Of a stretch of DNA of 64,000 nt, positions 1 to 12,965 are shown one piece after another. This DNA is from Macrostomum lignano (lineage: Eukaryota). The stretch is taken from positions 62,001 through 126,000 of the forward strand of contig NIVC01002186.1 of NCBI GenBank assembly GCA_002269645.1. The letters run 5' to 3'. The notes beneath the pieces are model-generated. The model saw only the letters and a program-made list of their open reading frames with translations. It ran no database searches and was not told the origin of the DNA. The position numbers and the translations under genes are program-made. The stretch's first letter is position 1. Every line of letters begins with the position of its first letter.

Positions 1-149
1 GAGTGACTAAGTGGTTGAGTGGCTGAGACAGAAGTCCACAGACCACAGAAGACCACAGACCACATCCACTACCACAGAAGTCCCTGTGGTAGTGGATGGG
101 TGTTTCTGCGGTGTTGGCTGAGTCAAGTGGCTGTGTCCATAAGGGTTTG

Positions 150-670
150 GTGAGGGTCAGTGAGGGTCAGTGAGGGTCAGTGAGGGTGAGGGTCAGTGAG
201 GGTCAGTGAGGGTCAGTGAGGGTCAGTGAGGGTCAGTGAGGGTCAGTGAGGGTCAGTGAGGGTCAGTGAGGGTCAGTGAGGGTCAGTGAGGGTCAGTGAG
301 GGTCAGTGAGGGTCAGTGAGGGTCAGTGAGGGTCAGTGAGGGTCAGTGAGGGTCAGTGAGGGTCAGTGAGGGTCAGTGAGGGTCAGTGAGGGTCACTGAG
401 GGTCAGTGAGGGTCAGTGAGGGTCAGTGAGGGTCACTGAGGGTCAGTGAGGGTCAGTGAGGGTCAGTGAGGGTCAGTGAGGGTCAGTGAGGGTCACTGAG
501 GGTCAGTGAGGGTCAGTGAGGGTCAGTGAGGGTCAGTGAGGGTCAGTGAGGGTCAGTGAGGGTCAGTGAGGGTCAGTGAGGGTCAGTGAGGGTCACTGAG
601 GGTCACTGAGGGTCACTGAGGGTCAGTGAGGGTCAGTGAGGGTCACTGAGGGTCACTGAGGGTCAGTGAG
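150..670. repeat. 10-bp tandem array GAGGGTCA(G/C)T, intronic
   Basis: About 50 near-identical copies. Confidence 0.97.
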
Positions 671-725
671 GTCTTTTACATCGCAACCCGTTTCCAACCG
701 CCCTCCTTCAACGCCAACCTGGCAG

Positions 726-3700
726 CTCCGTCACCGGATCCGGTTCGAAGTTTTCGGGTCCTGGCTACGAATTCGACTGATCTCCAGATCTCCTGGGACC
801 CGCCTGCGGCAGCGTCCGACTGCTTAGTGGTGCTGTGAGTTGCTGGACTTGGATTTATTATTGCTAATGTAGCTAATGGATTTTTAATGTAGCTCATGGA
901 CTGCTAATTCAGCTCATGGATTGCTAGTCTAGTTCAAGCACTAAGGCCGGGTTATAATAAACAGTTTGTTATTATCTAGATAGTTTATGAAGTGGATTGC
1001 TAGTCTATCCAATGAGCATATCTTTAAGTATCCGAAATATTGGATTCTTCTAGCTGATTGCTAAATTCTCATTTGACCTCCAATAATCATGGATAATTAA
1101 TTGCAAACACACACCATAATGCGAGGCAGCCTTGGCCGCAGCTCATGCCGAAGAGCTTATGGCATGAGTCGGCTCTGGTAGAGAGAAAGAGAGCTTTGCT
1201 TTTCATAACTGGGCAAGGCAGCTTCGGCTGCTTTTTCATAGAGAAGAAAATTGTGCCGCATGACTGACTCATCCTGCGTTTGGAGGGATTTTTTTGAGTG
1301 CTCCAGCTTCTCTGCCTCATCATCTCCCTTCCCCTCTCTCTTGGCATCAATGACTCGCTAGAATTTCTGTGGGACAGGACTCTGGGAACTCCCCCCCCTC
1401 GGCCCCTTCCTTCTCAGCTCACTCTCCACTGGACACTCGAGTGGCCTTCGCTGTGGAGTGCGGACTCTGAAACTGTATGAGGCTGTAAGGAGCTTAAAAA
1501 TGTGCAGGCTAGATTTTTTAAAAATTGACTGGCTAGGAATCAGCCTCTCGATCATTCACGCAGTTTTAGATTCGATTTTCCCAATACTGCCGTCATTTGG
1601 GATTGACATCGAGTGGCGCTCTGCATTGCTAGCAATCTGGACTTTCAAATTCAGACTGATGGAGATTGGAAATTGTTGCTTTAAGTAGGAATATGCTGAG
1701 CCTTAGCACCGAAGGACCCTAGCAACGAAGGACCCTAGCAACAAAGGATCCTAGCAACGAAGGACCGTAGCAACAAAGGACCCTAGCAACAAAAGATCCT
1801 AGCAACAAAGGACCCTAGCAACAAAACACCCTAGCAATAAAGGACCCTAGCAACAAAGGACCCTAGCAACAAAGGACCCTAGCAACGAAGGACCGTAGCA
1901 ACAAAGGACCCTAGCAACAAAAGATCCTAGCAACAAAGGACCCTAGCAACAAAACACCCTAGCAATAAAGGACCCTAGCAACAAAGGACCCTAGCAACAA
2001 AGGACCCTAGCAACGAAGGACCGTAGCAACAAAGGACCCTAGCAACAAAAGATCCTAGCAACAAAGGACCCTAGCAACAAAACACCCTAGCAATAAAGGA
2101 CCCTAGCAACAAAGGACCCTAGCAACAAAGGACCCTAGCAACAAAGGACCCTAGCAACAAGGGATCGTAGCAACAAGGGACACTAGCACCGAAATACCCT
2201 AGCAACAAAGGACCCAAGCAACAATGGACCCTAACAACAAAGGACCCTAGCAACGAAAGACCCTAGCATCAAAGAACTTCAACACCGAAGGAACCTAGAA
2301 CAAAAGAGGCAGCACCAAGGACCCATTCCGAACCTCCTCGCCCACCCGCGCAGTCTGCAGCTCCGCGACCTGACGCTGCAGTCGGACAGGCAGTTCAACG
2401 CCACCTGCTCGCCGCCAGCCGAGGGCCTTCGCCTGCGGGTCCACCCGCACCGACGCTACCGCCTGCTGGCCACTGTCCTGTCTGACTTCGGCCAGTCCCG
2501 TCCGGCCATGCTGAGCCTGCGGACTCCCTCGGCCAGGCCGAACCGGAGCCCATCGAATTTCACCGCTGTGGGCGCGAGCTCCGGCGCCCAGCTCACCTGG
2601 CTGCCGCCGCCGCTGCCGGGTCGCAATGGACTCCTGGTTGGCTACCGGATCCGCTACCGGGAGCTGCCGGCCGAGTCCGACGTCTCGGCGACCGCGCTCG
2701 GTGAAGATGCCGACATTGGCGATGACGACGATGAAAGCATCGTCGATGGCGCGGTGTACAAAGTGACCGTGCCGGGCGATCAGCTGACTCACCGGCTGGC
2801 CGGACTGAAGCCGTTGAGACGCTACGCTGCTCAAGTGGCCGCCAGGACTGTCAATGGAACCGGCAGGTTCACCCGCTGGCTGGTGTTCAGCACCCTGCCC
2901 GGTGCCTACAGATTACGGCCTGCTAGTGAGTGGGTGGGAGAGTCTGTGGGATGGGGAAGTTCGGGTATGGGATAGTTTTGGGATGGGGAAGTTTGAGTAT
3001 GGGATAGTTTTGGGAAGTTTGAGTATGGATAGTTTGGATGGGGAAGTTTGAGTATGGATAGTTTTGGGATAGGGAATTTGAGTATGGGATAGTTTTGGAT
3101 AGGGAAGTTTCGGGTATGGGATAGTTTTGGATGGGGAAGTTTGGGTATGGGATAGTTTGGAATGGGGAAGTTTGAGTATGGGATAGTTTTGGGATAGGGA
3201 ATTTCGGGTATGGGATAGTTTTGGATGGGGAAGTTCCGGTATGGGATAGTTTGGAATGGGGAAGTTTGAGTATGGGATAGTTTTGGGATAGGGAATTTCG
3301 GGTATGGGATAGTTTTGGATGGGGAAGTTCCGGTATGGGATAGTTTGGAATGGGGAAGTTTGAGTATGGGATAGTTTTGGGATAGGGAAGTTCGGATATG
3401 GGATAGTTTTGGGATAGGGAAGTTTGAGTATGGGATAGTTTGGAATGGGGAAGTTTGAGTATGGGATAGTTTGGAATGGGGAAGTTTGAGTATGGGATAG
3501 TTTGGAATGGGGAAGTTCGGATATGGGATAGTTTTGGGATAGGGAAGTTTGAGTATGGGATAGTTTGGAATGGGGAAGTTTGAGTATGGGATAGTTTTGA
3601 GATGAGGAATTTCGGGTATGGGATGGGGTAGTTCGGGGATGGATAGGAAATACTAAAGATTGGGATGGAAATTTTGTGAACTGGAGAGTTTAGAGATGAA

Positions 3701-6700
3701 GGAAGCTTGAGGATCAATGGGAGGAAGAAGAGGAAGACTGCCTTTGAAAAGTCCAAGCCGAGGCCTCCCGCCCGGACCGCTCAGGACTGCGCGACCAGAA
3801 TACCGAGTCGCAGCTTCACGGAGACGTGCCGCTGCCGGAGAAGATCCGAATCCGGCCCAAGGATGTGACCGCCATCGGCAAGCGGGACTCCATCCTGCTG
3901 TCCTGGACGCGACCGTCTGCCCTGGTGATCCCCGACAAGTACGTCATCTACTATGGCAGCCAGCTGCCCAAGGAGAGGCTGGCTGGCGAAATCTCCGGCG
4001 ACCAGGACGCCTATCAGATTCGGAATCTCGGTGAGGATTTGCAAATTTTAGAGCTTTTTGGCTTCTCATAAGGAGATTTTGGAATCTAATAGTGAGATTT
4101 TGGAATATCATGGTGAGCTTTTGGAATCACAAGGTGAGATTTTGGAATCTCAAATGAGATTTGGGAATCTCATGTTGTGATTTTGGAATCTCAAGTGAAA
4201 TTTTGGAACCTCAAGTGAGATTTTGGAATCTCATGGTCTCATAATTTTGGAATCTCATGGTCTCATGATTTTGGAATCTCATGGTCTCATGATTTTGGAA
4301 TCTCATGGTCTCATGATTTTGGAATCTCATGGTCTCATTATTTTGGAATCTCATGGTGAGATTTTTTAATCTCATGTTGTGATTTTGGAATCTCATGTTG
4401 TGATTTTGGAATCTCAAGTGAGATTTTGGAATTTCATGGTCTCATGATTTTGGAATCTCATGGTGAGATAATGGAACCGCAAGATAAGATTTTGGAATTT
4501 TATGGTGAGAATTTAGAATCTCATGGTGAAATTTTGGAATCTCATGTTGTGATTTTGAAATTGCAAGGTGAGATTTCGGAATCTCATTGCGAGATTTTGG
4601 AACTTCACGGTGAGATTTTGGAATCTCATGTGAGATTTTGGAATCTTATAGTGAGACTTTGTGATTTTAGAATCGCAAGGTAAGACTTAAAAATCTCATG
4701 TTATGATTTTGGAATCGCAAAGTGAGATTTTGTAATCTTATGGCAAGATTTTGGAATCTCATGTTGTGATTTTGAAATTGCAAGGTGAGGTTTTGGAATC
4801 TCATGGCAAGATTTTGGAATCTCAAGGTGAGATTTAAAAATCTAAGAATAAGACTGAGAAATTCCAGGGTAAGATTTGAAAATCTACTGAAATAGCTAAT
4901 ACTCGTGCCAAGGACCACTATAGCAGGGGTACTACAGTGGTCCTTGACTCGGGCGTACGGGAAAGGGTCGAACCTGCATGAGACGCCAGGGCTGATGCTG
5001 AAAGCGCTATAAACAAGAAATAAAACTCGTCTACAGTCTAAAAAAGAACAAAATTTTGAAATTACGAGCGCGCCTGCTTGAAACGATGATAAACAAAGTA
5101 AATTTCAACGCAAAATTTGATTGACATTCAATTTTTTTTGTCGAAAATGTTCATCAGACAATATCCATTAGGAACAAGTGCAGAGGCGGAAGTTGAATAA
5201 TTCTGGTCAATATTTAGTCAGGTAGTGCAAACACAATCCCAGTGTTGTTGCAGATGGAATGCATGGGGAACTCAGTTGCACTTCTGCCCAGTCCGCTGAC
5301 TTCTGAGCACACGCTCACACAGGGTGTACAGCAGCCCCTGACTTTCTAATCGTCAAACATGTACACTCTGTGAGCCTTGGGGCTCGGCCCTTATGAATGC
5401 AAATCGCACTACAACGATTTGGGCTTTGGGCTAAAAAACGCCCAAAAATTAATCTGGCCTCGCACGGAATCGAACCAGGGGTCGAGGCGCGCTCAGCCCC
5501 TCCCCCAGCAGTCAGTAACCGCTTTACTAACCCTGCATTGCAGTGCCCAACCAGTACTACTTCATCACCATTGTGGCCATCAAAGACGGAGTCCAGGCGG
5601 AGACGCCACTGCACGAGAAAACCCAGAGCGGGACCCGTAAGAAAATATTTAAAATATTAAAATTTTGTCTAGAGAGCTATTTATACTACTCACAGTAACG
5701 TTATTACGCGCATGACTGTCTTTAATTAGTTTGCGGCGTAAATATTTCATTTTGAATGGTAGCATGAATATTGTTAATCTACGCTCATATATGCTGTCAG
5801 CTTCCATGGCTCTTCTTCGTTGATAATATTTCTAGCTGGGGACACTCCTGTCTAACAGGTGACTCTCCTGTCTAACAGGTGACACTCCTGTCTAACAGGT
5901 GACTCTCCTGTCTAACAGGTGACTCTCCTGTCTAACAGGTGACTCTCCTGTCTAACAGGTGACTCTCCTGTCTAACCCTTAGGTACCCAATTAAATTAGA
6001 GCTGTATTATAAAGTACAGTGACCCATTTATCCCATTTTTATTGCGAATGCTACTACTATCAGCAACCATAAATATTAGAATTCCTGTTACGTTTAAATG
6101 CATTAAACAACAATGTGGTGCGAATATGAATATATAATTGCAATATTATCAATGCAAACATCAATTATCAAACCTGCCCGTATGCTTCATTTACAGGTGG
6201 TCAAACTTGTAAGTATGAGTATCGTTTTTTGATTTAAACCGTTTTCTGTTGTCGTCAGCGCACAAATTTTCCTTCTACGAAACTACCGATGTATACCAGA
6301 CAAAGTCTGCTGGTGCACTTGTACTTTAAGAAGCGCAACCACACTGAACGCAACCCAGCACCAACAAGTTCAAATCCATATGCTTTAAGCGTTTTGTCCG
6401 TTTTTATTCTGGCCCCGACAAATTTCTTTTCGGGGAGAGAAATAGCCAATTTAGTGAACCAATCTACAGAACGAGCTAATGGCTTTTCTTAAATTTTGGT
6501 GTAGGTTACGAAAAAAACTTATGTACTACTTATAATCTGCATGTATTTAACTGGAAAGCGAGCTGGTCTCAATAGTGTGTCAGCTCCCACTGAACCCTGA
6601 CTGATAGAAGTGTGTCAGCTCCCACTGAACCCTGACTGATAGAAGTGTGTCAGCTCCCACTGAACCCTGACTGATAGAAGTGTGTCAGCTCCCACTGAAC

Positions 6701-9700
6701 CCTGACTGATAGAAGTGTGTCAGCTCCCACTGAACCCTGACTGATAGAAGTGTGTCAGCTCCCACTGAACCCTGACTGATAGAAGTGTGTCAGCTCCCAC
6801 TGAACCCTGACTGACAGAAGTGTGTCAGCTCCCACTGAACTCTGACTGATAGAAGTGTGTCAGCTCCCACTGAACCCTGACTGATAGAAGTGTGTCAGCT
6901 CCCACTGAACCCTGACTGACAGAAGTGTGTCAGCTCCCACTGAACTCTGACTGATAGAAGTGTGTCAGCTCCCACTGAACCCTGACTGATAGAAGTGTGC
7001 CAGCTCCCACTGAACCCTGACTGATAGAAGTGTGTCAGCTCCCACTGAACCCTGACTGATAGAAGTGTGTCAGCTCCCACTGAACCCTGACTGATAGAAG
7101 TGTGTCAGCTCCCACTGAACCCTGACTGATAGAAGTGTGTCAGCTCCCACTGAACCCTGACTGACAGAAGTGTGTCAGCTCCCACTGAACTCTGACTGAT
7201 AGAAGTGTGCCAGCTCCCACTGAACCCTGACTGATAGAAGTGTGTCAGCTCCCACTGAACCCTGACTGATAGAAGTGTGTCAGCTCCCACTGAACCCTGA
7301 CTGATAGAAGTGTGTCAGCTCCCACTGAACCCTGACTGACAGAAGTGTGTCAGCTCCCACTGAACTCTGACTGATAGAAGTGTGTCAGCTCCCACTGAAC
7401 CCTGACTGATAGAAGTGTGTCAGCTCCCACTGAACCCTGACTGACAGAAGTGTGTCAGCTCCCACTGAACTCTGACTGACAGAAGTGTGTCAGCTCTACA
7501 GACCCTGACTGACAGAAGTGTGTCAGCTCAGACTGGCCCCTCCTGTCAGCTCACACTGGCTCTTCCTGTTAGTCACACTGGCTCTTCCTGTCAGCTCACA
7601 CTGGCCCTGTCAGCTCCCACAGATCTGCACTCTCGCGAATTTCCGCAGACGACCGGCAGTCGCCCAGCGTCCCGCTGAACGTGAAGGCCACCGTCATGGA
7701 CGGCCGTACAGCGGTGGTCAGCTGGACAGACCGGGACCTCGGCCTGCCCGGCTCGGACGCGGCCGGCCGCCTTTACGAAGTCGAACTCGCCGAGGATGCC
7801 ACCTCGTCCAGATCGTCCTCGGCTGTCGTTGACGCGAAACCGCGCCGATTCAACACGACGGGGCTTCGACTGCGGCTGTCCCAGCTGCGCCCGTTCACCG
7901 CCTACGCGGCCAGGATCCGCTGCCACCTGGGCTACATGCAGAGCGACTTCAGCATGGTGGCCACCTTCGTCACCAAGGCTGAGCCGCCGGGCACGCCGCC
8001 GCTGGAGCTGCGGGTGGCCCGCACCAGCCTGTCCGGCTCCGTGCTGCTCACCTGGCGGCCGCCGCTGGAGCCGAACGGGCCACTGACTGGCTACACAGTG
8101 TACTACGCTCCTCACGGCGGTCGGTTCATCAGCCGCAACGCCGCGGCTAAGGAGACTCAAATTGTTGTCACCGGCCTGCAGCAGTCCAGTCTGTATGTGT
8201 TCAAGGTGCGCGCCGAGAACCAGGCGGGCGTCGGGCCGGCCACCAACTTGACAGCATTTATGACGCCGGATGGTGAGTTCGAGGAGTGAGGTGGCTGCGG
8301 AGTGAGGTGGTTGCGGAGTGAGGTGGCTGCGGAGTGAGGTAGCTGCGGAGTGAGGTGGTTGCGGAGTGAGGTGGTTGCGGAGTGAGGTGGCTGCGGAGTG
8401 AGGTGGCTGGCGGAGTGAGGTGGCTGGCGGAGTGAGGTGGCTGGCGGAGTGAGGTGGCTGGCGGAGTGAGGTGGCTGCGGAGTGAGGTGGCTGGCGGAGT
8501 GAGGTGGCTGCGGAGTGAGGTGGCTGCGGAGTGAGGTGGCTGCGGAGTAAGGTGGCTGGCGGAGTGAGGTGGCTGCGGAGTGAGGTGGCTGGCGGAGTGA
8601 GGTGGCTGCGGAGTGAGGTGGTTGTGGAATGAGGTGATAAATGGGGGCTAGGATAGCAGTTTAGCACTGCATCAGCCTATCAAGCTTGTTATTCTTTAAA
8701 CTGCCAACCCGCAGCAAACGGATACGGCGGCGGCATGGTGCTTGACGCAATTGCAGGATCAGGATCCCAATGTAAGCATAAAGTGAATGGTCAAGCTTTA
8801 GTTCAGCAACAATATCGATACTATAGCGTAGCTAAACTTACTTTTTCAGCCGACCCCCCTCTGCAAGCGGCCAGCTCGCCGGATTCCGAGAGCGACCGGA
8901 AGCTGTGGTTCGTCATCGGCGGCGGATTCGGCCTGGCGATTGTGCTCCTGATTGTTGCCATAGCAACCGTGTGCCTCTGTCGAAGCGGCGAGGCAGCGGG
9001 CGGCACCGGAGGAGGCGGCGGCCGCCGGCGCAGACAGGCGGACCGGGCGGCCAAGGAGGAGGCGAGCCTGATTGGTCAAGAGGCGGCAGCCAATCAGCGG
9101 CACCCGGGCTCGCCACGGGCTCGTTCCGGCAAGAATTCGCCAGACGCGCAGGCGGCGGCGCTGCTGATATCGACAGGCGGAGGCCAGCACCAGCTGCAGC
9201 ACCAGCAACAGACGCCAGACCTCTGCCGCCGGTCGGAGAACTGCCTGGAGCTGCGGCACCTTCCACAGGCGGGCCGTGGCGCTGACGGCCCTGTAGGTGG
9301 ACCGTTCGGCCGGAGCTCGGTGCACCCGCCGCACCACCTGGGCGGCGGCCACCTCGGCCTCGGAGGCGGGCGCGGCTTCATGGGCGAGCCGCTGCTGCTC
9401 GATCACCCGGGCGGCGCGTCGCCGAACCCACCGGGACACTTCAGGAACATCTCCAGCTCCGGGCTTTACCCGCCGGGGACGCCGCCGTCCTACCAGCCAG
9501 GCGCTGCTGCTGCTGCCATCGGGGCTTCGTCAAGAGGCCTTGCCTCGCCGCCGCGAGTTGACGCGCCCGACTTCAGCTCGGGTGAGCCGCGGCCTTGGTG
9601 TACATGGGCTGTTGTGGGGGGTCCTCGTTGTACATTGGTGTCGAGAGGGGGCGTCAATGTACATTGGTGTCGTGAGGGGGCGTCAGTGTGCATTGGTGTC

Positions 9701-10769
9701 GTGAGGGGGGCGTCAATGTACATTGGTGTCGTGAGGGGCGTCAATGTACATTGGTGTCGTGAGGGGGGCGTCAATGTACATTGGTGTCGTGAGGGGGCGT
9801 CAATGTACATTGGTGTCGTGAGGGGGCGTCAATGTACATTGGTGTCGTGAGGGGGCGTTAATGTACATGGCTGTTGTGTGGGGAAGCTACACCGCACACA
9901 ACTAAACAAGCTACACCCTCACTCGTTCCCACTCGCAAGCAGGCAAGCTGTCCAGCCCGCACTCGAGTCTCAGCTCTTCCATTGGTTCGCCATCCAAGCG
10001 ACGTCCGTCTACATCGGCGGCGGCGGCAGTGGCGTCTGCAGCTGCACCGACGCTCATGCTGGCGTCGCTAGGCAACGGTCGCTCAGTCAACGTAACGCCT
10101 GACATTCTCAACCCGCCCGTTGCCCGTCCATCGCGCAGCCTGCACGGCGGCAACGGAGGCAGCGGCGGCGACGGTGGCAGCGGCGGTGGCCTCGGCGGCG
10201 CATATAACGGAGGCGGCGGCGGCGGATCCACATTCGACAGTCAGACGTCAAGAAGTGTATGTACCATTGGTGATCATGTTCCATAATGTAGATATGTGTT
10301 TTCTGTACGAGCGTATGGTGTACTGTGTATGCTGTATGGTGTACATGCTCTATGGTGTACATGCTGTATGGTGTACATGCTCTATGGTGTACATGCTGTA
10401 TGGTGTACATGCTCTATGGTGTACATGCTGTATGGTGTACATGCTCTATGGTGTACATGCTGTATGGTGTACATGCTCTATGGTGTACATGCTCTATGGT
10501 GTACATGCTCTATGGTGTACATGCTCTATGGTGTACATGCTCTATGGTGTACATGCTCTATGGTGTACATGCTCTATGGTGTACATGCTCTATGGTGTAC
10601 ATGCTCTATGGTGTACATGCTCTATGGTGTACATGCTCTCTGGTATAAAGCATCCAAACCTCACTTGTGCCCATTTCAGTTCGTGCTGTCAACCGAGGAC
10701 ATGACAAAGACTCTTGACGGCCTCATGAACGATCTGAGGTGCCTGACTAACAAAGAATTCGAGTGCTGA
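726..10769 (+). CDS. fra/DCC: Frazzled/DCC/neogenin-family netrin receptor, 3' part (5 FN3 domains, TM, cytoplasmic P1 and P3 motifs); 5' exons lie upstream of the window
   Basis: Hand-spliced exons 726-834, 2354-2925, 3785-4030, 5544-5636, 7649-8272, 8850-9581, 9943-10256, 10680-10769, all AG/GT with matching phases. FN3 signatures (TNSTDLQISWDPP; LTWLPP..NGLLVGYRIRY; LTWRPPLEPNGPLTGYTVYY), TM segment LWFVIGGGFGLAIVLLIVAIATVCLC, P1-like TPDLCRRSENCLELRHL, and C-terminal STEDMTKTLDGLMNDLRCLTNKEFEC matching the DCC/frazzled P3 motif. The 5544-5636 exon is not in the ORF track but completes an FN3 domain. Confidence 0.92.
1712..2295. repeat. 16-bp tandem array AAGGACCCTAGCAACA, intronic
   Basis: Direct inspection; variant blocks recur. 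Confidence 0.95.
2945..3650. repeat. About 31-bp G-rich array GGGATAGTTTTGGATGGGGAAGTTTGAGTAT, intronic
   Basis: Direct inspection. Confidence 0.92.
4070..4860. repeat. Degenerate array of about 21 bp GATTTTGGAATCTCATGGTGA, intronic
   Basis: Direct inspection. Confidence 0.9.
5842..5975. repeat. 20-bp array GACTCTCCTGTCTAACAGGT with internal mini-hairpin CCTGT/ACAGG
   Basis: About 7 copies. Confidence 0.9.
6577..7530. repeat. 35-bp array AGAAGTGTGTCAGCTCCCACTGAACCCTGACTGAT, intronic
   Basis: About 27 highly homogeneous copies, degenerating toward the acceptor. Confidence 0.97.
8283..8635. repeat. 16/17-bp array GAGTGAGGTGGCTG(G)CG, intronic
   Basis: Begins about 10 nt after the donor at 8273. 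Confidence 0.95.
9628..9868. repeat. About 30-bp array TGTACATTGGTGTCGTGAGGGGGCGTCAA, intronic
   Basis: About 8 copies. Confidence 0.92.
10314..10645. repeat. 16-bp array TATGGTGTACATGCT(C/G), intronic
   Basis: About 20 copies. Confidence 0.95.
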
Positions 10770-11345
10770 ACCGCCTAAAAAAGAGCTTAGTGCAATGATC
10801 GATTAAATGTAATATTTTACCCTCTTCACTTAGAGGATGCTGCTGATAGTTCTAGCCAGTAACACATTCAGTAGTATTTGCTAATAATGTATTATTCTCT
10901 ATATTCATATTTTCAAGCTAATTTTCCCCAGCCCCTATCTAATAGTGGCTTAAAGAGCTGAAATTTTAAAAAAAGTTATTTAATTTGTGCAATTGAAAAT
11001 CGCAAAGAATTATTTATATAAATTGCTGACAAGTGTACAAATGATTCTGTCGAATAAATAAACGAGACGCACAAAAAATAACAAATTTTGTTTATTTAAT
11101 TCTATCGACAACGAAAAGTATAATAATTTTCCGGGTTTATTTTTTTACTTTAAAATTGTTGCAATACTCGCTCAATGCTACTGTTAGTAGAGCTTTTAGA
11201 AATTAAATTAAAAAATATATCCGATTAGCAACCTGACGAAATTGATCAGTGGTGATTTATACTACTGAAAGTGCAGTATTTTTTAACATGAATAACACGG
11301 CAACAACAGATAAGACATAAGTTAATAGTACACCAGCGCCTCGGG

Positions 11346-12899
11346 TTAGTAGTATATTCGGCAATGGGGCAGCTGTAGCTGAAGGTAATTTCGAATTCCA
11401 CGACTGGCCGCGGCGCAGTTGGTCAGCTCCAGGGACTGCAGGCGGCGCGCCCGGATCAGGTGGCACAGGCCGTCCTCAGTGACCTTGGTGACGCCTGTGG
11501 GGTGGGGGAACCGGTTGGTGGTTACCGGTTGGTGGCTACTGGTTGATGATTACCGGTTGAGGATTTCCGGTTGATGGCTACCGGTTGAGGGTTACCGGTG
11601 GAGGGTTTACTAATTGGTTACCGGTTGGTGGCTACCAGTTGGTGGCTACCGGTTGGTGACTACCGGTTGATGGCTACCGGTTGGTGACTACCGGTTGATG
11701 GCTACCGGTTGGTGGTTCACGGACTACTTAATTGTCGTTTATATACTTAAGTCTACTTAAGTAGTCCGTGTGGTGGTTACGGGTTGAGGGTTACCGGCTG
11801 GTGGCTACCGGTTGATGGCTACCGGTTGGTGGCTACCGGTTGGTGGCTACCGGTTGGTGGCTACCGGTTGGTGGCTACCGGTTGGTGGCTACCGGTTGGT
11901 GGCTACCGGTTGATGGCTACCGGTAGGTGGCCACCGGTTGGTGGCTACCGGTTGGTGGCTACCGGTTGGTGGCTACCGGTTGGTGGCTACCGGTTGGTGG
12001 CTACCGGTTGGTGGCTACCGGTTGAGTTAGAGGCGACCACGAAATTCAATTTTATCTTAAGGGGAGAGGACCAGAGGACTCGTGGTAAAGGAAGCGAGAA
12101 GTAACTCCGGAATTCTGGGTGGGTAGCGTAATTCTACTGACGAAAATAGTTCACCCCGCAGCCAGGGGATGATGGAGCGGGAGAGGAAACAGCTGTGTCG
12201 CCTTCTGCTGCCTTGTGGCAATTCTGGAACCGGCTGCCCAGCTGCTTCATGTGACTCTCTGATGTCAGTCGGTGGAACGCTACTGATGAACTCAAGAGGC
12301 TGGGCCATGGATACAGACTTATAAAGACAATTACAGTGTTTCACAGGTAGTTAGAGATGTCTACAAACTGTTACAGGTATTTACAAACTTTTACAGACAC
12401 ATATTGAATCTATATCTATAGAAAGAATCTACAGACTTTCACAGTCATTTAGAGATACGAGCTATCTACAACCTTATACTGGTCGGAACTATTTACTTGT
12501 AAATAGCTTGTAAATAGCAGATAGCTTGTAAATAGCAGATAGCTTGTAAATAGCAGATAGCTTGTAAATAAAGGCAAATACAGTCATTTACAGACAGTTA
12601 CTGACATTCAAAGGCTAGTTACGAATACATGCAGTCCTTTACAAAATTTCACGGATATTTACAGTTATTTCGAGATTGGCAAACTTGAGATCGGCATTTC
12701 TTACCTGACAGTGAGAGCTGGGTCAGAGTTCGAATCCCGGTGGCGTGTCTGACTGCGGTGTCGCTGAGGCCGGAGCACCAGCGAAGGCTGAGCAGGCGCA
12801 GCTTCGGCATAGTGGACAGGTAGCCAACTCCGATGTCCGAGATGGCCGGACACCTGCGATTGGCGGGGTTAAACATTTTTAATCCGGAATGTCTGTCTA

Positions 12900-12965
<66 letters not shown>

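Noticed and set aside
667-725. Frazzled exon starting at the last 10-bp repeat unit (CAG|TGAG), giving EVFYIAT
   Set aside because: The acceptor at 725 has a pyrimidine-rich upstream tract and the phase-1 boundary typical of FN3 linkers; the repeat-derived AG has no such tract.
5450-5530. tRNA-like sequence (GGTTCGATTCC on the minus strand, followed by a T-run)
   Set aside because: No pairing T-stem, D-arm or acceptor stem could be built; at most a SINE fragment.
6255-6490. Minus-strand ORF with C..CLVYIG, reminiscent of a Penelope GIY-YIG nuclease
   Set aside because: Only a 3-4 residue match, lacking the downstream Arg/Glu motifs and any RT; not supportable without a search.
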